Numbered from the stretch's first letter, positions 1 to 11,707 are shown. The stretch is 64,000 nucleotides of DNA from an uncultured Bacteroidales bacterium (GCA_963746685.1 CAVVBY010000006.1:11511-75510); one strand, 5' to 3'. Program-made: numbers and translations. Notes: generated by a model from the sequence alone, not told the origin.

Positions 1-515
1 GGACAAGTTCACACAGGAAATCAATGATTTCCAATATGGCTGTATCACTGATCCTTCACAAAAGGATAACTACCACAACTGCCAAGGCTAAAGCGCTGAA
101 GACCTTTGTGGAACCTATTATTACAAAATCAAAGGAAGATTCGACACACTCAAGAAGAGTAGTATTCGGCTATCTTAAGGATAAGTCGGCAGTAGCTGAG
201 CTATTCAGGGATATCTCACCTAAAATAGCCGACAGACCGGGTGGGTATACCAGGATACTTAAGACAGGCAACAGGATAGGAGATAATGCAGAAATGTGCA
301 TACTGGAGCTTGTTGATTTCAATGAGGCAATGAAGGGCGGAGAAACTGCAAAACCAAAAGCTGCAAGGAGAAGGAGATCAACAAAGAAGAGTACCGGAGA
401 AGCGGAACCTGCCAAGACTGAAAAAACAGCCCCTGTGAAGGCTAAAAAGAGTGCAAAAGCCGCACAGGCACCTGAAAAAGAACCTAAAAAGTCAGCACCT
501 GAAACTAAGGAATAA
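1..515 (+). CDS. rplQ: 50S ribosomal protein L17 (5'-truncated by window edge), with Lys/Ala/Pro-rich C-terminal extension
   Basis: ITTTTAKAK and [10 protein letters not shown]...GDNAEM L17 motifs; reading frame runs off the left edge. Confidence 0.97.
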   Translation, partial: TSSHRKSMISNMAVSLILHKRITTTTAKAKALKTFVEPIITKSKEDSTHSRRVVFGYLKDKSAVAELFRDISPKIADRPGGYTRILKTGNRIGDNAEMCILELVDFNEAMKGGETAKPKAARRRRSTKKSTGEAEPAKTEKTAPVKAKKSAKAAQAPEKEPKKSAPETKE

Positions 516-540
516 GAATAGAGAGATATTTTAAAAGGAT

Positions 541-574
541 AGGGATATAGTCGTTAAGGCGTATCCCTTTTTTT
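541..574 (+). terminator. intrinsic terminator after rplQ
   Basis: agggatat...gtatccct stem followed by a T run. Confidence 0.75.
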
Positions 575-608
575 GTATATATTGCAACATTGTTTAATAA
601 AAAAATAA

Positions 609-1892
<1,284 letters not shown>

Positions 1893-1969
1893 TCGGACTT
1901 CCGGACGTTATTAACAATTGTTGATAACTCTTGTTTATATCCCGTGTACAACTATGAAAAGCGAGCTGA

Positions 1970-1999
1970 TTGTTATATCATTTTCTTATATTATATTTG
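1970..1999 (+). promoter_or_regulatory. Bacteroidota sigma-A type promoter (-33 TTG / -7 TAnnTTTG) driving the non-coding unit
   Basis: TTG at 1970-1972, 19-nt spacer, TATATTTG at 1992-1999. Confidence 0.65.
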
Positions 2000-2005
2000 A
2001 TCTAT

Positions 2006-2495
2006 CAGGTGAGCGATAAAAGACTGCTCAAACGATGTGGAACCGGAAAAGGTTACTTAAATGAAACAAAATCCGGCTCTTTCAGACCTTCGGGACTGCG
2101 CATCATGAGAGCCGAAGCCTGAGCAAATGGACTCCGGTCCATGATACTCAGCAGATCGAGGAAACCGGAAACGTTCTTTCAGCGATTGAGTCACAGGGCT
2201 TCAGAAAAAAAAGAGCTTCGGCTCCGGATTCTTTGAAACTGATCCAGATCCTCCGGGAAATGACGTCAGGGCCTGAAGGACACTTCGTCCCGGAAATCCA
2301 GTCGCAAGACCGGACAAAAGGACAGCCAGAAGGTTATGCTGTAACAGGCAAAACCTGAAAGCCACGGGTTGCAAATCCAGGTCTTGTATCGGGAAATGCA
2401 GCCGGTCAAAATAACAGTAACTTGGCGCCGTTAGCGGCTTCGGTTGCAAACGGTGAATGGGAACTACTCTTCGGAATGGTTCCCATTATTGTTTT
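2006..2495 (+). ncRNA. candidate large structured ncRNA (~480 nt), family unassigned
   Basis: More than 12 consecutive stems; four cUUCGg, two cUCCGg and GNRA tetraloops; flanked by promoter and terminator; no credible ORF. Confidence 0.75.
2456..2495 (+). terminator. terminator-like hairpin closing the ncRNA candidate
   Basis: aatgggaacta/tggttcccatt stem with cUUCGg loop, then attgtttt. Confidence 0.65.
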
Positions 2496-2515
2496 ATATA
2501 AATTCCACAAAAACA

Positions 2516-2543
2516 TCCCCCTACCCCCTTCAAAGGGGGACTT
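2516..2543. repeat. REP-like GC-rich palindrome
   Basis: ccccctacccccttcaaagggggactt; related copies at ~9145, ~10775, ~23235, ~23283, ~25365. Confidence 0.65.
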
Positions 2544-2551
2544 TTAATTCT

Positions 2552-2666
2552 AACCCACCCCCCGCCCCTCCCAGGAGGGGAGCAATTGGGATTAGAACCC
2601 ACCCCCCAACCCTCCCAGGAGGGGAGTAATTGGGATTAGAACCCACCCCCCAACCCCTGCAGGGAG
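2552..2666. repeat. 44-bp tandem repeat (~2.6 units), each with a cctcc-ca-ggagg hairpin
   Basis: Units 2552-2595, 2596-2639 and partial 2640-2666. Confidence 0.85.
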
Positions 2667-2686
2667 AAAATCTTTTTATCTGTGCC

Positions 2687-2729
2687 GTCATTGCGAGGAG
2701 TAACGAGTATCGTTACGACGAAGCAATCT
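2687..2729. repeat. GTCATTGCGAG...GAAGCAATC-type small palindromic element
   Basis: gtcattgcgaggag-taacga gta tcgtta-cgacgaagcaatct nested hairpin. Confidence 0.6.
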
Positions 2730-2800
2730 TTAACTCCTTTTATTATTTCTTCCCAACTTATTGCCCTATTCAATATCTTTGATGTAGTTATTTAATCAAT

Positions 2801-4696
2801 ATGGCTTATTCCGGACTGAAAGATTTCATCTCTGAGCTTGACAGAAACGGAGAACTATATCACATCAAGGTGTTTGTAGATCCGGTGCTTGAAATCGCAG
2901 AGATCACCGACAGGGTTACAAAATCAGGTGGCAGGGCACTGCTTTTTGAAAACAACGGAACCAGGTTCCCTGTTCTTATCAATGCATTCGGGTCCGACAG
3001 GCGAATAGCAATGGCTCTTGGTATGAATGATCTCTCTGAAGCAGGAAAAGATATCGAAAAGATGTTTAACCTGGTAACTGATGCCCCGGTAAATATTATA
3101 GGAAAAATAATGGCACTGCCGCGGCTTCTGAAGATTACCGGGTATCTTCCTGCAATTTCGGGATCAAAAGGTTCTTGTCAGCAGGTTGTGTACTCAAAAC
3201 CTGATCTTTCGTTACTTCCTGTTCTGAAATGCTGGCCTCACGACGGTGGACGGTTTATCACGCTTCCTATGGTTCATACGATTCACCCTGAAACCGGAAG
3301 GTCAAATGTCGGCATGTACAGGATGCAAATACTTGGAAGTGATACCACGGGAATGCACTGGCAGAGACACAAGACAGGGGCAAATCATTTTGACGCATGG
3401 AAGGCAACAGGAAAAAGAATGCCGGTATCGGTAACTCTGGGCGGAGACCCTGTTTACACATATTGTGCCACTGCACCATTGCCAGAAAACATAAGTGAAT
3501 ACATACTTGCCGGATTTCTCCGGAAGAAAAAGGTAAAGCTGGTAAAGTGCATTACAAATGACATTTATGTTCCCTCAGATGCCGACATAGTAATTGAGGG
3601 CTATGTTGATCCTGGTGAAGTATTTGTATCAGAAGGGCCATTTGGCGATCATACAGGTTTCTACTCCCTTGCCGATTTATATCCTGTTTTTCATGTCACC
3701 TGTATTACTCACTCTGAAGGCGCAGTTTATCCGGCTACCATAGTAGGGGTTCCTCCCCATGAAGATGCATGGCTGGCTAAAGCCACCGAAAAGATCTTCC
3801 TTTCACCTGTCCGGCTGGCCATTCAGCCAGAAATACTTGATTTTCACATGCCGGAAGCTGGTGTTGCCCATAATCTGGTTGTTGTAAGAATCAACAAGAG
3901 CTATCCGGGGCAGGGAATGAAAGTAATAAACTCTCTTTTCGGAGCAGGACAGATGATGTTCACCAAATACCTGATTGTGGTCAGCGGGACTCTGGACATC
4001 AGGAACTACAAAGAGCTGATGTTCCGCATTTTCACAAACACTGATTTTGGATCTGACATTCTTTTCACCCGCGGCCCTCTTGATGTCCTTGACCATTCAT
4101 CCGACAATTTCTCTTTCGGGGGGAAAGCAGGTATTGATGCAACTGTTAAGCTGCCCGAAGAGATGCAGGGCAGACATAAAACTCCATCAGTAATGGAAAC
4201 ATCAGCAGAAAATCATACTGACTGGTTAAATGGGCCATTAATTAAAGGATTCAGATTGTACCCTGTTGCACAGGGAATAATCATTTTGATCCTGGCTGTC
4301 GATCCTTCTGAGGATCCAGGCATTGTAAGAAAAGTATGTGATCTGCTAAAGAACAATGCAGATAAAAGTGTTTTCAGGCTTGTGATCGCTGTTGATCATA
4401 CAGTTGATCGGGATGATCTATTCATGGTGGCGTGGCAGGTGCTTGGCAATTCTGATCCTGGGCGTGACCACTGTATTATATCACCAGATTCATTATTGAT
4501 TGACGGAACCATAAAATTTTACCGCGAGGGAGGATTTCCCAGGCGATGGCCCAATATTGTGTGTTCTGATGGAGTAACAATTGAAAATATTGATAAGAAG
4601 TGGGATATCCTTGGATTTGAGAAGTATCTACCCTCACCTTCATTTAAAAACATGAAGCTGATCCGTAAGGGTGCAGATGCTATAGTAACTGCTTGA
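2801..4696 (+). CDS. UbiD-family (menaquinone biosynthesis, MqnL-like) decarboxylase
   Basis: [34 protein letters not shown] UbiD motifs; extended C-terminus. Confidence 0.9.
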   Translation: MAYSGLKDFISELDRNGELYHIKVFVDPVLEIAEITDRVTKSGGRALLFENNGTRFPVLINAFGSDRRIAMALGMNDLSEAGKDIEKMFNLVTDAPVNIIGKIMALPRLLKITGYLPAISGSKGSCQQVVYSKPDLSLLPVLKCWPHDGGRFITLPMVHTIHPETGRSNVGMYRMQILGSDTTGMHWQRHKTGANHFDAWKATGKRMPVSVTLGGDPVYTYCATAPLPENISEYILAGFLRKKKVKLVKCITNDIYVPSDADIVIEGYVDPGEVFVSEGPFGDHTGFYSLADLYPVFHVTCITHSEGAVYPATIVGVPPHEDAWLAKATEKIFLSPVRLAIQPEILDFHMPEAGVAHNLVVVRINKSYPGQGMKVINSLFGAGQMMFTKYLIVVSGTLDIRNYKELMFRIFTNTDFGSDILFTRGPLDVLDHSSDNFSFGGKAGIDATVKLPEEMQGRHKTPSVMETSAENHTDWLNGPLIKGFRLYPVAQGIIILILAVDPSEDPGIVRKVCDLLKNNADKSVFRLVIAVDHTVDRDDLFMVAWQVLGNSDPGRDHCIISPDSLLIDGTIKFYREGGFPRRWPNIVCSDGVTIENIDKKWDILGFEKYLPSPSFKNMKLIRKGADAIVTA

Positions 4697-5977
4697 TCTT
4701 TTCTATCAGTACTGCAGGCTGAAAGGGTTTGGATAAATATTCATCAATCCCGGCGGAAAGGCATTTTTCCCTGTCGCCTATCATGGCATTTGCAGTGATT
4801 GCTATTATCGGTACATGAGTGTCTGAGCCAGCTTCCAGGTCACGGATCTTTTCAGCAGCTATGATCCCGTTCATTACAGGCATCACGATATCCATTAAAA
4901 TAAGATCGTAATTTGATGCATTCAGTTTTTCGATTGCTTCCTTCCCGTTCGAGGCAGTATCGATGCTGTTCACCAGAGGCTTAAGCGTCAGAAGTGTGAT
5001 CTTCTGATTGATAAGATTATCTTCAACAAGAAGTATATTGATATCTTTCAGCTCCTTGTGAACCTTTTCCCTTGAAACAGCTGTTCCGACATCTCCGGAG
5101 GCAGGCAGTTTTACTTCAGTGATGGGATATGCGAACGGCATGCTTATGTTGAGAACAGTGAAATTATTGCCCGATTCCTGACTGTACTTTCCGTTACCTG
5201 AAGCTATCAGCTTTGAAGCCAGATGCCCGGTGTTTCCTTCCTGGTCAATAAATATGGTATTCTTGTCAGTCTGAATCCGCATACCTATATATCTTTCACG
5301 ATCAGATTCTCTCTCCTTCTTAAGGTTTATTGTGACCTTTGTGGGCAGTGTCGGAGTTCTGTGCTTCAATGGTGTTGAAAATGTCAAGGAAGATTTGTTT
5401 CAGTATTATCGGATCACCCTGGCATTCATAGTCGCTGTAGTCTTTCTTGATTGAAAATAAAATCGAGGTTTGCCTTTTCCTTCAGACTGTAAAGCTCTAT
5501 TGTGTTCTGTATGGTCGAAAGAATATTGTACCTGATCTGTTTTCTGGTTTCAAAGCTCAGATTGCCTGCTGACTCCATTGTTAATTCATTAACAGTGGTG
5601 ACCATATTATTTGTGGAGGCTATAAAAGTCTCAATCAGTTCCTTTTGTTTTTTCTGCAGACCCGTACCCATAAGAAGATCGGCAATTATAACCAGATTGT
5701 TCAGCGGCTCCCTGATCCTGTGTGAAAAGTCGGCCATGACATCGTCTTTCTTTTCATTGGAGGAAGATGCATCCTTAAAAGATTCCTTAACAGTTTTAAT
5801 CAGATCACTTGACTTTCCTGATTATCATTACGAATAATGCAGCACCTGTGATGACCAGGAATACCTGCAAGGAGCCTGAGATTAAATGATATGAAGATAA
5901 CTGCCAGTATGAGGCATATCAGATGAGATAATTGAATAGGTTTCAATTGAGCTCTTCTTCTTATTGAAATATTTCAT
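4680..5977 (-). CDS. membrane-anchored hybrid signalling protein: HisKA-like + degenerate HATPase + C-terminal receiver (frameshifted)
   Basis: [11 protein letters not shown]-box; [25 protein letters not shown] receiver; fragments in ORFs 5426-5737 and 4680-5387; start ATG inferred at 5977. Confidence 0.75.
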
Positions 5978-6177
5978 CAGAATACTGATTATCAGTATTC
6001 ACGGGAACAGAGTCATCTGATTCCATCATTCTTTGAACTGATTAATTGCAGTGATGTAAATTTAACTAAAATAGATGATAAATATACATACGTTGAAATT
6101 ATCAACCTTCAAAGGAAAAGCTTAATTTTGTTCCTGTGGTACAGTTTTTGAACCGGAAATAAAAAGTATCAACCATT

Positions 6178-6954
6178 ATGAAGAAATTTTTCAGGATTTT
6201 ACTGATGATTGCGTTAATTGGTTCCGGCGAAGCATTTATGCAGTTAAATGCCCAGGAAGAGGGAGGTATGGTAAAATATACTCCTGACTTCAGGTTCAAT
6301 GATGGTATTTACCTCAATTTCGAGCAGGTTAAGGCAAACAGTCCGATACCAAAATCCAAGATCCTGACATCGACAGATTATAATGACAAGGATTTCTTTA
6401 AGAATCTGATGGCCGGAGAAAAGATTTATTTTTACGATGGCATGGGTATCAGGCAGGAAGTCGACAGGAGTTCAATATGGGGTTATGCAAGGAACGGGGT
6501 TTTGAATATTCAGGTCCAGGGGAATTTTAACCGGATAACTTTTATCGGGAACATATGCCATTTCGTTGCAGATGTCACCTCCTATGACAATCGCTATTAC
6601 AACTCGCCTTATGGTTATTATGATCCTTATAATTCTTATTATTCTCCATACTATTCTCCATACTATTCACCCTACTCATACGGTAATTATTACTCGCCTT
6701 ACGGTTCATATTACTCTCCCTACCGTAACAATACCGGACGAAATGAACTCAGGCAATACCTTATAGATTTTGAAAGCGGAAAGATACTTGAATATGACGT
6801 TGATAATACTGAACTTCTTCTTATGAAGGACAGTGAATTATATGAGGAATTTATGCGTCTTCCAAATAAGAAAAGAAAAGACCTGATGTTTGTCTACATA
6901 CGCAAGTTCAACGAAAAAAATCCACTGTTTCTTCCGTCAAATCCAGGGTTATAA
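6178..6954 (+). CDS. exported hypothetical protein with Tyr/Ser/Pro repeat insert
   Basis: N-terminal signal-peptide-like segment; YYSP repeats; TAATTTTG promoter at 6123-6130. Confidence 0.8.
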   Translation: MKKFFRILLMIALIGSGEAFMQLNAQEEGGMVKYTPDFRFNDGIYLNFEQVKANSPIPKSKILTSTDYNDKDFFKNLMAGEKIYFYDGMGIRQEVDRSSIWGYARNGVLNIQVQGNFNRITFIGNICHFVADVTSYDNRYYNSPYGYYDPYNSYYSPYYSPYYSPYSYGNYYSPYGSYYSPYRNNTGRNELRQYLIDFESGKILEYDVDNTELLLMKDSELYEEFMRLPNKKRKDLMFVYIRKFNEKNPLFLPSNPGL

Positions 6955-7800
6955 ATGAGGAAAATACTTACTGTAATTGTACTGATCGCTTCATGCTGTC
7001 TGCTTTCGGGGCAGGCTCCATTTCCTTCTGGTAATGAAATTAAGCAATTCATTGCTTCAAAGACCTGTGTTGTGCTGGAAGACGGCAACACTGTATATAA
7101 TACATATATCAGGCAGGCAATGAAGGAATTCTGGAAAATAACTCCCTTTGAATTCATTAAAACCTCCGATTTTGGAACAAGAAGGTCCGATCCCTCATTT
7201 TCTTTTATAATTCTGACCGAAACCAATTTTGAAAATGACAAGTCGAATTCGGTTTTTAACTTCATTAACCTACTGCAGGGCAAAGATATTGAAGAGCTGG
7301 GTAAGATGCCTGAGATATGCGCAGTCCCGCTCTCATTTGCCGGAGAGGATGATATGGAATACGGATATAAGCTCGGAGCCATACTTGCTTTCATGCAGAA
7401 GCATGCACAGATGATCTCTGAGGATCCTTCGCTGACCGGAAGAAAATATCTTAAATACTATAATAGAAATATCCCTGAAGTGATAACACGGAAAATCCTT
7501 GTGAAACAGGAGGATCTTTCTCCGGCTGTCAACACAATCGAAAAGATAAAAGCCATATACAGATATAGTATTGAAATTGTCCCGGAAGAGGTTATTGTGA
7601 ATGCAATTCAGGAAAAAGCACCTAATACACTGATACTTCATAAAGTAGGCCCTGTGGGGGATAGAAATTCAGGGTACTGTTTTAAAATGCTTATTGGAAC
7701 CGACGATTCCAATATGTATTATTACAATCAACATACTATTGATAAAGCTAATCCGAATGGTCTGTTACCAGCCGATCTTAAGCGTCTGGCAAAATTCTGA
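6955..7800 (+). CDS. exported hypothetical protein
   Basis: 281-aa ORF with signal-peptide-like N-terminus, abutting the upstream stop codon. Confidence 0.8.
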   Translation: MRKILTVIVLIASCCLLSGQAPFPSGNEIKQFIASKTCVVLEDGNTVYNTYIRQAMKEFWKITPFEFIKTSDFGTRRSDPSFSFIILTETNFENDKSNSVFNFINLLQGKDIEELGKMPEICAVPLSFAGEDDMEYGYKLGAILAFMQKHAQMISEDPSLTGRKYLKYYNRNIPEVITRKILVKQEDLSPAVNTIEKIKAIYRYSIEIVPEEVIVNAIQEKAPNTLILHKVGPVGDRNSGYCFKMLIGTDDSNMYYYNQHTIDKANPNGLLPADLKRLAKF

Positions 7801-7803
7801 TAA

Positions 7804-7830
7804 TGCAGCAAAATAAAAAGAAAGGCGTCT
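7804..7830 (+). promoter_or_regulatory. putative ECF sigma promoter
   Basis: TGCAGC-N16-CGTCT, 21 nt upstream of ATG 7852. Confidence 0.45.
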
Positions 7831-7851
7831 TTTAATAAAAACCGGATTGTC

Positions 7852-8209
7852 ATGAGAGAGATCAGAGAATTATCAGAATCGGAAAGGACACTGGGCGATG
7901 TTATGCCACCTTTCAGCATTTGCAGGATTTTTCTTCCCGTTCGGAGGAATTATAGGCCCCCTGATCTGCTGGCTGTCAAGGAAGGACGAATCGCAATGGG
8001 TTGATCAGAATGGAAAGCAATCACTTAATTTCCAGATATCTATTTTATTATACATGGTTCTTGCGATTCCTTTATGCATAATTATTGTCGGCATCCCGAT
8101 AGTGATCTTTCTGATTTTCCTGAAAGTGATCTGCATAATAATCGCAAGTGTCAAAGCTTCGAAAGGAGAGGAATTCAGGTACCCGGTTACAATCCCGTTT
8201 ATCCAGTAA
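7852..8209 (+). CDS. DUF4870-family membrane protein (one frameshift near the 5' end)
   Basis: MLCHLS...GPLICW...GKQSLNFQIS...KASKGEEFRYP. Confidence 0.85.
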
Positions 8210-8281
8210 CATTTTCATGCACGAAATTTCCTGATCAGATTAGAAATTTGTATATTTCTAATCTGATTAAAGAATCCTGTC

Positions 8282-9145
8282 ATGAAAAAAAGTAACAAGG
8301 ATAAAAAGGCTAAGGTGGAGGTCTTTGAAAAAAAGAATCTTTACCATGATATTAAAGCTGAGAAGCAAGAAAAGTTGGGTAACAATGAATATTTGAAAAA
8401 GCTGTTAAAGCTCGAAATTGAGCTGGTAAAGCTTCAGGAATGGGTAAAGTCCAATAAGCTGCGTGTAGTTGTTATTTTTGAAGGACGCGATGCGGCCGGT
8501 AAGGGAGGTGTGATTAAAACAGTTGCAGGATGTCTCAATCCAAGGATTTGCAGGATCGTTGCTCTCGGCATTCCGACAGAAAAGGAAAAATCACAGTGGT
8601 ATTTTCAGCGATATGTCAGGGAACTTCCTTCAGGGGGTGAGATAACCCTGTTCGACAGAAGCTGGTACAACAGGGCAGGAGTCGAAAAGGTAATGGGGTA
8701 CTGCACCAATGAAGAGTACGAGGAGTTTTTGAGATCTTGTCCCGAATTTGAGCGAATGCTTATTCGGTCGGGCATTATTCTCATAAAATATTGGTTCTCA
8801 ATCAGCGACAAAGAGCAGGAAAACCGGTTCCAGGACAGGATCAAAGATCCCACCAAGCGTTGGAAGATAAGCCAGATGGATATTGAATCACGTGATAAAT
8901 GGGTTGAATATTCGATGGCTAAGGACAAAATGTTTTCATATACCGATACCAGGCAATCGCCATGGTATGTGGTCCCGGCCGATGATAAAAGAAGAGCCAG
9001 ACTTAATTGCATTGATCATTTTCTTTCGCTTATACCATATAAGGACCTTACAGCAAAGACGATCAAGCTGCCTCCCTTGAAACATGAAGTGGCATATGTA
9101 AGACCACCAATCACCGAACAGAATTTCGTGCCGGAAAAGTATTGA
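8282..9145 (+). CDS. ppk2: polyphosphate kinase 2
   Basis: FEGRDAAGKGG Walker A, FDRSWYNRAGVE, WYFQRY. Confidence 0.96.
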   Translation: MKKSNKDKKAKVEVFEKKNLYHDIKAEKQEKLGNNEYLKKLLKLEIELVKLQEWVKSNKLRVVVIFEGRDAAGKGGVIKTVAGCLNPRICRIVALGIPTEKEKSQWYFQRYVRELPSGGEITLFDRSWYNRAGVEKVMGYCTNEEYEEFLRSCPEFERMLIRSGIILIKYWFSISDKEQENRFQDRIKDPTKRWKISQMDIESRDKWVEYSMAKDKMFSYTDTRQSPWYVVPADDKRRARLNCIDHFLSLIPYKDLTAKTIKLPPLKHEVAYVRPPITEQNFVPEKY

Positions 9146-9202
9146 ACCCCCCAACCCCTCAAATGGGGGGCTTTTATTTTTTTCCCCGCACCAGTAAACT
9201 AA

Positions 9203-9300
9203 CTTTATCCTTTCACCTTTTGTCTTTCGCCTTTTGCCTTTCGCCTTTTGCCTTTCGCCTTTTTTCTTTTTACTTTTGTCTTTTATCTTTTGTCTTTTAT
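9203..9300. repeat. 14 tandem CTTTNNN heptamers
   Basis: Exact 7-bp phase: ctttatc ctttcac cttttgt ctttcgc cttttgc ... cttttat. Confidence 0.85.
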
Positions 9301-9314
9301 CTGTCAAATAAGCA

Positions 9315-10694
9315 ATGAAGCCCTCAATACCGAAAGGAACCCGCGATTTTTCACCTGAAGAGATGATGAAAAGGGATTTCATCTTTGATACTATCAAAAA
9401 AGTTTTCAGGTTTTATGGCTATCAGCCGATAGAAACACCAGCAATGGAAAACCTGTCAACCCTGCTCGGTAAATACGGGGAAGAGGGCGATAAACTGCTG
9501 TTCAGGATTCTAAATTCAGGTGATTTCCTTTCAACTGTCAGCGATAAGGATCTGCTTGACAGGGAACCGGCCAGACTCTCTTCCCTGATTTGCGAACGAG
9601 GTTTGAGATATGACCTGACAGTACCCTTCGCACGATATGTAGTTCAGCATCGCGATGAGATCATTTTTCCGTTCAAGAGATATCAGATCCAACCAGTATG
9701 GCGGGCCGACCGTCCCCAGAAAGGAAGGTACCGCGAATTCTTTCAGTGCGACGTTGATGTTATCGGCAGTGATTCACTGCTTAATGAATATGAGCTTATC
9801 AGGATAATTGACGACATATTCAGCCTGCTGAAAATTGCCATTATCATAAAGATCAATAACAGAAAGATATTGTCGGGAATAGCCGAAATTATAAATGAGT
9901 CGGCAAGAATAACCGATATCACAGTTGCTATTGACAAGCTTGAAAAGATTGGTATTGAAGCAGTTAATGAAGAACTCAGAAACAAAGGGATAGCATCCGA
10001 AGCAATCAGCAGGCTTCAGCCGATAGTAGAGTTGAAAGGCACTACTTCCGAAAAGCTGACAGGACTAGGAAATATTCTTTCAGGATCGGAAGTTGGTAAA
10101 GATGGTATTGAAGAATTACGGACGCTGTTTTCTTATATTGGCAGCCGGGAGCTTTCAGCTAAAACAGAGCTTGACCTTACGCTTGCACGCGGACTGAATT
10201 ATTATACCGGAGCTATTATTGAGGTTAAGTCAAAGGATGCCAGCATAGGAAGTATTTGCGGTGGAGGCCGTTATGACAACCTGACAGGGGTATTTGGAAT
10301 GGAAGGAGTTTCAGGAGTCGGAGTCTCATTTGGAGCCGACAGGATATATGATGTGATGAGCCAGCTGAACCTGTTCAATGAACAAGAAAGGCCATCAACT
10401 CAGGTTCTGATACTTAACTTTGGGAATAAAGAAATAGGGTTTGCGCTGAAAATCCGTGATCAGCTTGCAGGACTTAAGATCAGTTCGGAGATTTATCCTG
10501 ATGCTGTCAAACTGAAAAAGCAGATGTCGTATGCTGATTCCAGAATGATCCCTTATATTATTATTGCAGGCGAAGAGGAAATTAAGAATAATCTGGTTAC
10601 TCTCAAGATAATGGCATCAGGGGAACAGAAGAAGATTAATACTGATGAACTGTTGTCATTTCTGAAATCAGTCCAAAGCTCTAAGATCATTTAA
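9315..10694 (+). CDS. hisS: histidine--tRNA ligase
   Basis: [39 protein letters not shown]. Confidence 0.98.
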   Translation: MKPSIPKGTRDFSPEEMMKRDFIFDTIKKVFRFYGYQPIETPAMENLSTLLGKYGEEGDKLLFRILNSGDFLSTVSDKDLLDREPARLSSLICERGLRYDLTVPFARYVVQHRDEIIFPFKRYQIQPVWRADRPQKGRYREFFQCDVDVIGSDSLLNEYELIRIIDDIFSLLKIAIIIKINNRKILSGIAEIINESARITDITVAIDKLEKIGIEAVNEELRNKGIASEAISRLQPIVELKGTTSEKLTGLGNILSGSEVGKDGIEELRTLFSYIGSRELSAKTELDLTLARGLNYYTGAIIEVKSKDASIGSICGGGRYDNLTGVFGMEGVSGVGVSFGADRIYDVMSQLNLFNEQERPSTQVLILNFGNKEIGFALKIRDQLAGLKISSEIYPDAVKLKKQMSYADSRMIPYIIIAGEEEIKNNLVTLKIMASGEQKKINTDELLSFLKSVQSSKII

Positions 10695-10799
10695 CCACGG
10701 TGTTACAAAGAGTTGAACGGCGTTTCACTGTTTTTACCTGAAAAACAACGTAATTACATTGTAATTACTTTATCAAAGCCACCCTGGGGGTGGGGGGTA

Positions 10800-11267
10800 T
10801 TATTGCTGAGGTATATTCTGATTGTTCCTTACCTGGTTTCTATCACGTAATTCATTCAGCAATTGCTGTCTGTACTGGTTTTCTGCCTGGTATAGCCGCA
10901 GGATTTTAACCGGAGACAAAATTGTCTTTATCCTGGTATGGAATTCCTGTGCCAAAGCAGCTTCGCGGACCTCTAAACCAACAAATCTGTCACCTGCTTC
11001 GGTCATTTCCCTCTCACTCATATTAAGCTCGTTCTGATTGAAATTTCTGTTAAGTTCACGTCTTTCAATCTGGATCTTGTTTTTGTTATCCTGGTACTCA
11101 TTGTATACCGGCCAGAATTTCTCGGCTTCCCGGGAAGTAAGATTAAGACGCTTTGTGAAAAAGGCTATTTTATAGGCATCCAGCCTTTGCCGGTTGGCAT
11201 TCTGTGCTGAAATATTCATTACACAGAATGTCACAAGTATGGTAAAAACAATAATCTTTCTTTTCAT
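10800..11267 (-). CDS. periplasmic helical protein of ECF sigma operon (Spy/CpxP-like)
   Basis: Signal peptide; KIAFFT..LNLT..EAEKFWPVYNEY motif typical of ECF-associated Bacteroidota proteins. Confidence 0.75.
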   Translation of the reverse strand: MKRKIIVFTILVTFCVMNISAQNANRQRLDAYKIAFFTKRLNLTSREAEKFWPVYNEYQDNKNKIQIERRELNRNFNQNELNMSEREMTEAGDRFVGLEVREAALAQEFHTRIKTILSPVKILRLYQAENQYRQQLLNELRDRNQVRNNQNIPQQ

Positions 11268-11277
11268 GGCTGAGAAT

Positions 11278-11703
11278 TTATAATTGTTCCTGTATTTCGT
11301 TTATGTCAATATTTTCAAGCAGAAGATAATCAATTATATCCTTCTTATCAATATTTGGTCCGAGTCCTTGCATCCCAGTCAGATCAGCATTCTCCTCCAG
11401 TGTGAGAAGATCAATTTCATTCAATAAGGTTCCCGAATACACTTCAACCGGGATCCCTGAAAGAGAAATAGAATCATTTCGGGGTGAAAACAGCTTTATC
11501 CCGGTATAGCTTAAAATTGCCATAACAGCAACAGACGCGGCAATTGCAAGAAACGGCCTAAGCCTGAAATAAAGCCGCTGCTTTTTATTCCCATACTGGT
11601 TTTCAATAGTGGAGGAGATTATTCTGTCGTTCAATTCCTCAAAGTAATTTTCAGGTACTTTAAAAGGATTTCCTTCCGGTATTTTGTCACTGTTTTTCAT
11701 CAC
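11278..11703 (-). CDS. putative single-pass anti-sigma factor
   Basis: NPFKVPENYFE N-terminal motif plus TM helix (AIAASVAVMAIL); directly downstream of ECF sigma. Confidence 0.75.
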   Translation of the reverse strand: MMKNSDKIPEGNPFKVPENYFEELNDRIISSTIENQYGNKKQRLYFRLRPFLAIAASVAVMAILSYTGIKLFSPRNDSISLSGIPVEVYSGTLLNEIDLLTLEENADLTGMQGLGPNIDKKDIIDYLLLENIDINEIQEQL

Positions 11704-11707
11704 TTAT

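Noticed and set aside
2006..2495. RNase P RNA, tmRNA, SRP RNA or group I/II intron identity
   Set aside because: No GAGGAAAGUCC, no GGGGCUG...CCA tRNA-like ends, no GUGCG 5' end or domain V pattern recognised by eye; needs an Rfam scan to be final
2201..2629. ORFs 2201-2449 (-) and 2444-2629 (+)
   Set aside because: No recognisable motifs, and they run through RNA hairpins and repeats; better explained as non-coding
2552..2666. 44-bp repeats as a mini CRISPR array
   Set aside because: Units are directly tandem with no unique spacers, and there are no cas genes in the window
8936..9397. 153-aa minus-strand ORF with a K/R-rich stretch
   Set aside because: Translation of the heptamer array, antisense to ppk2 and hisS
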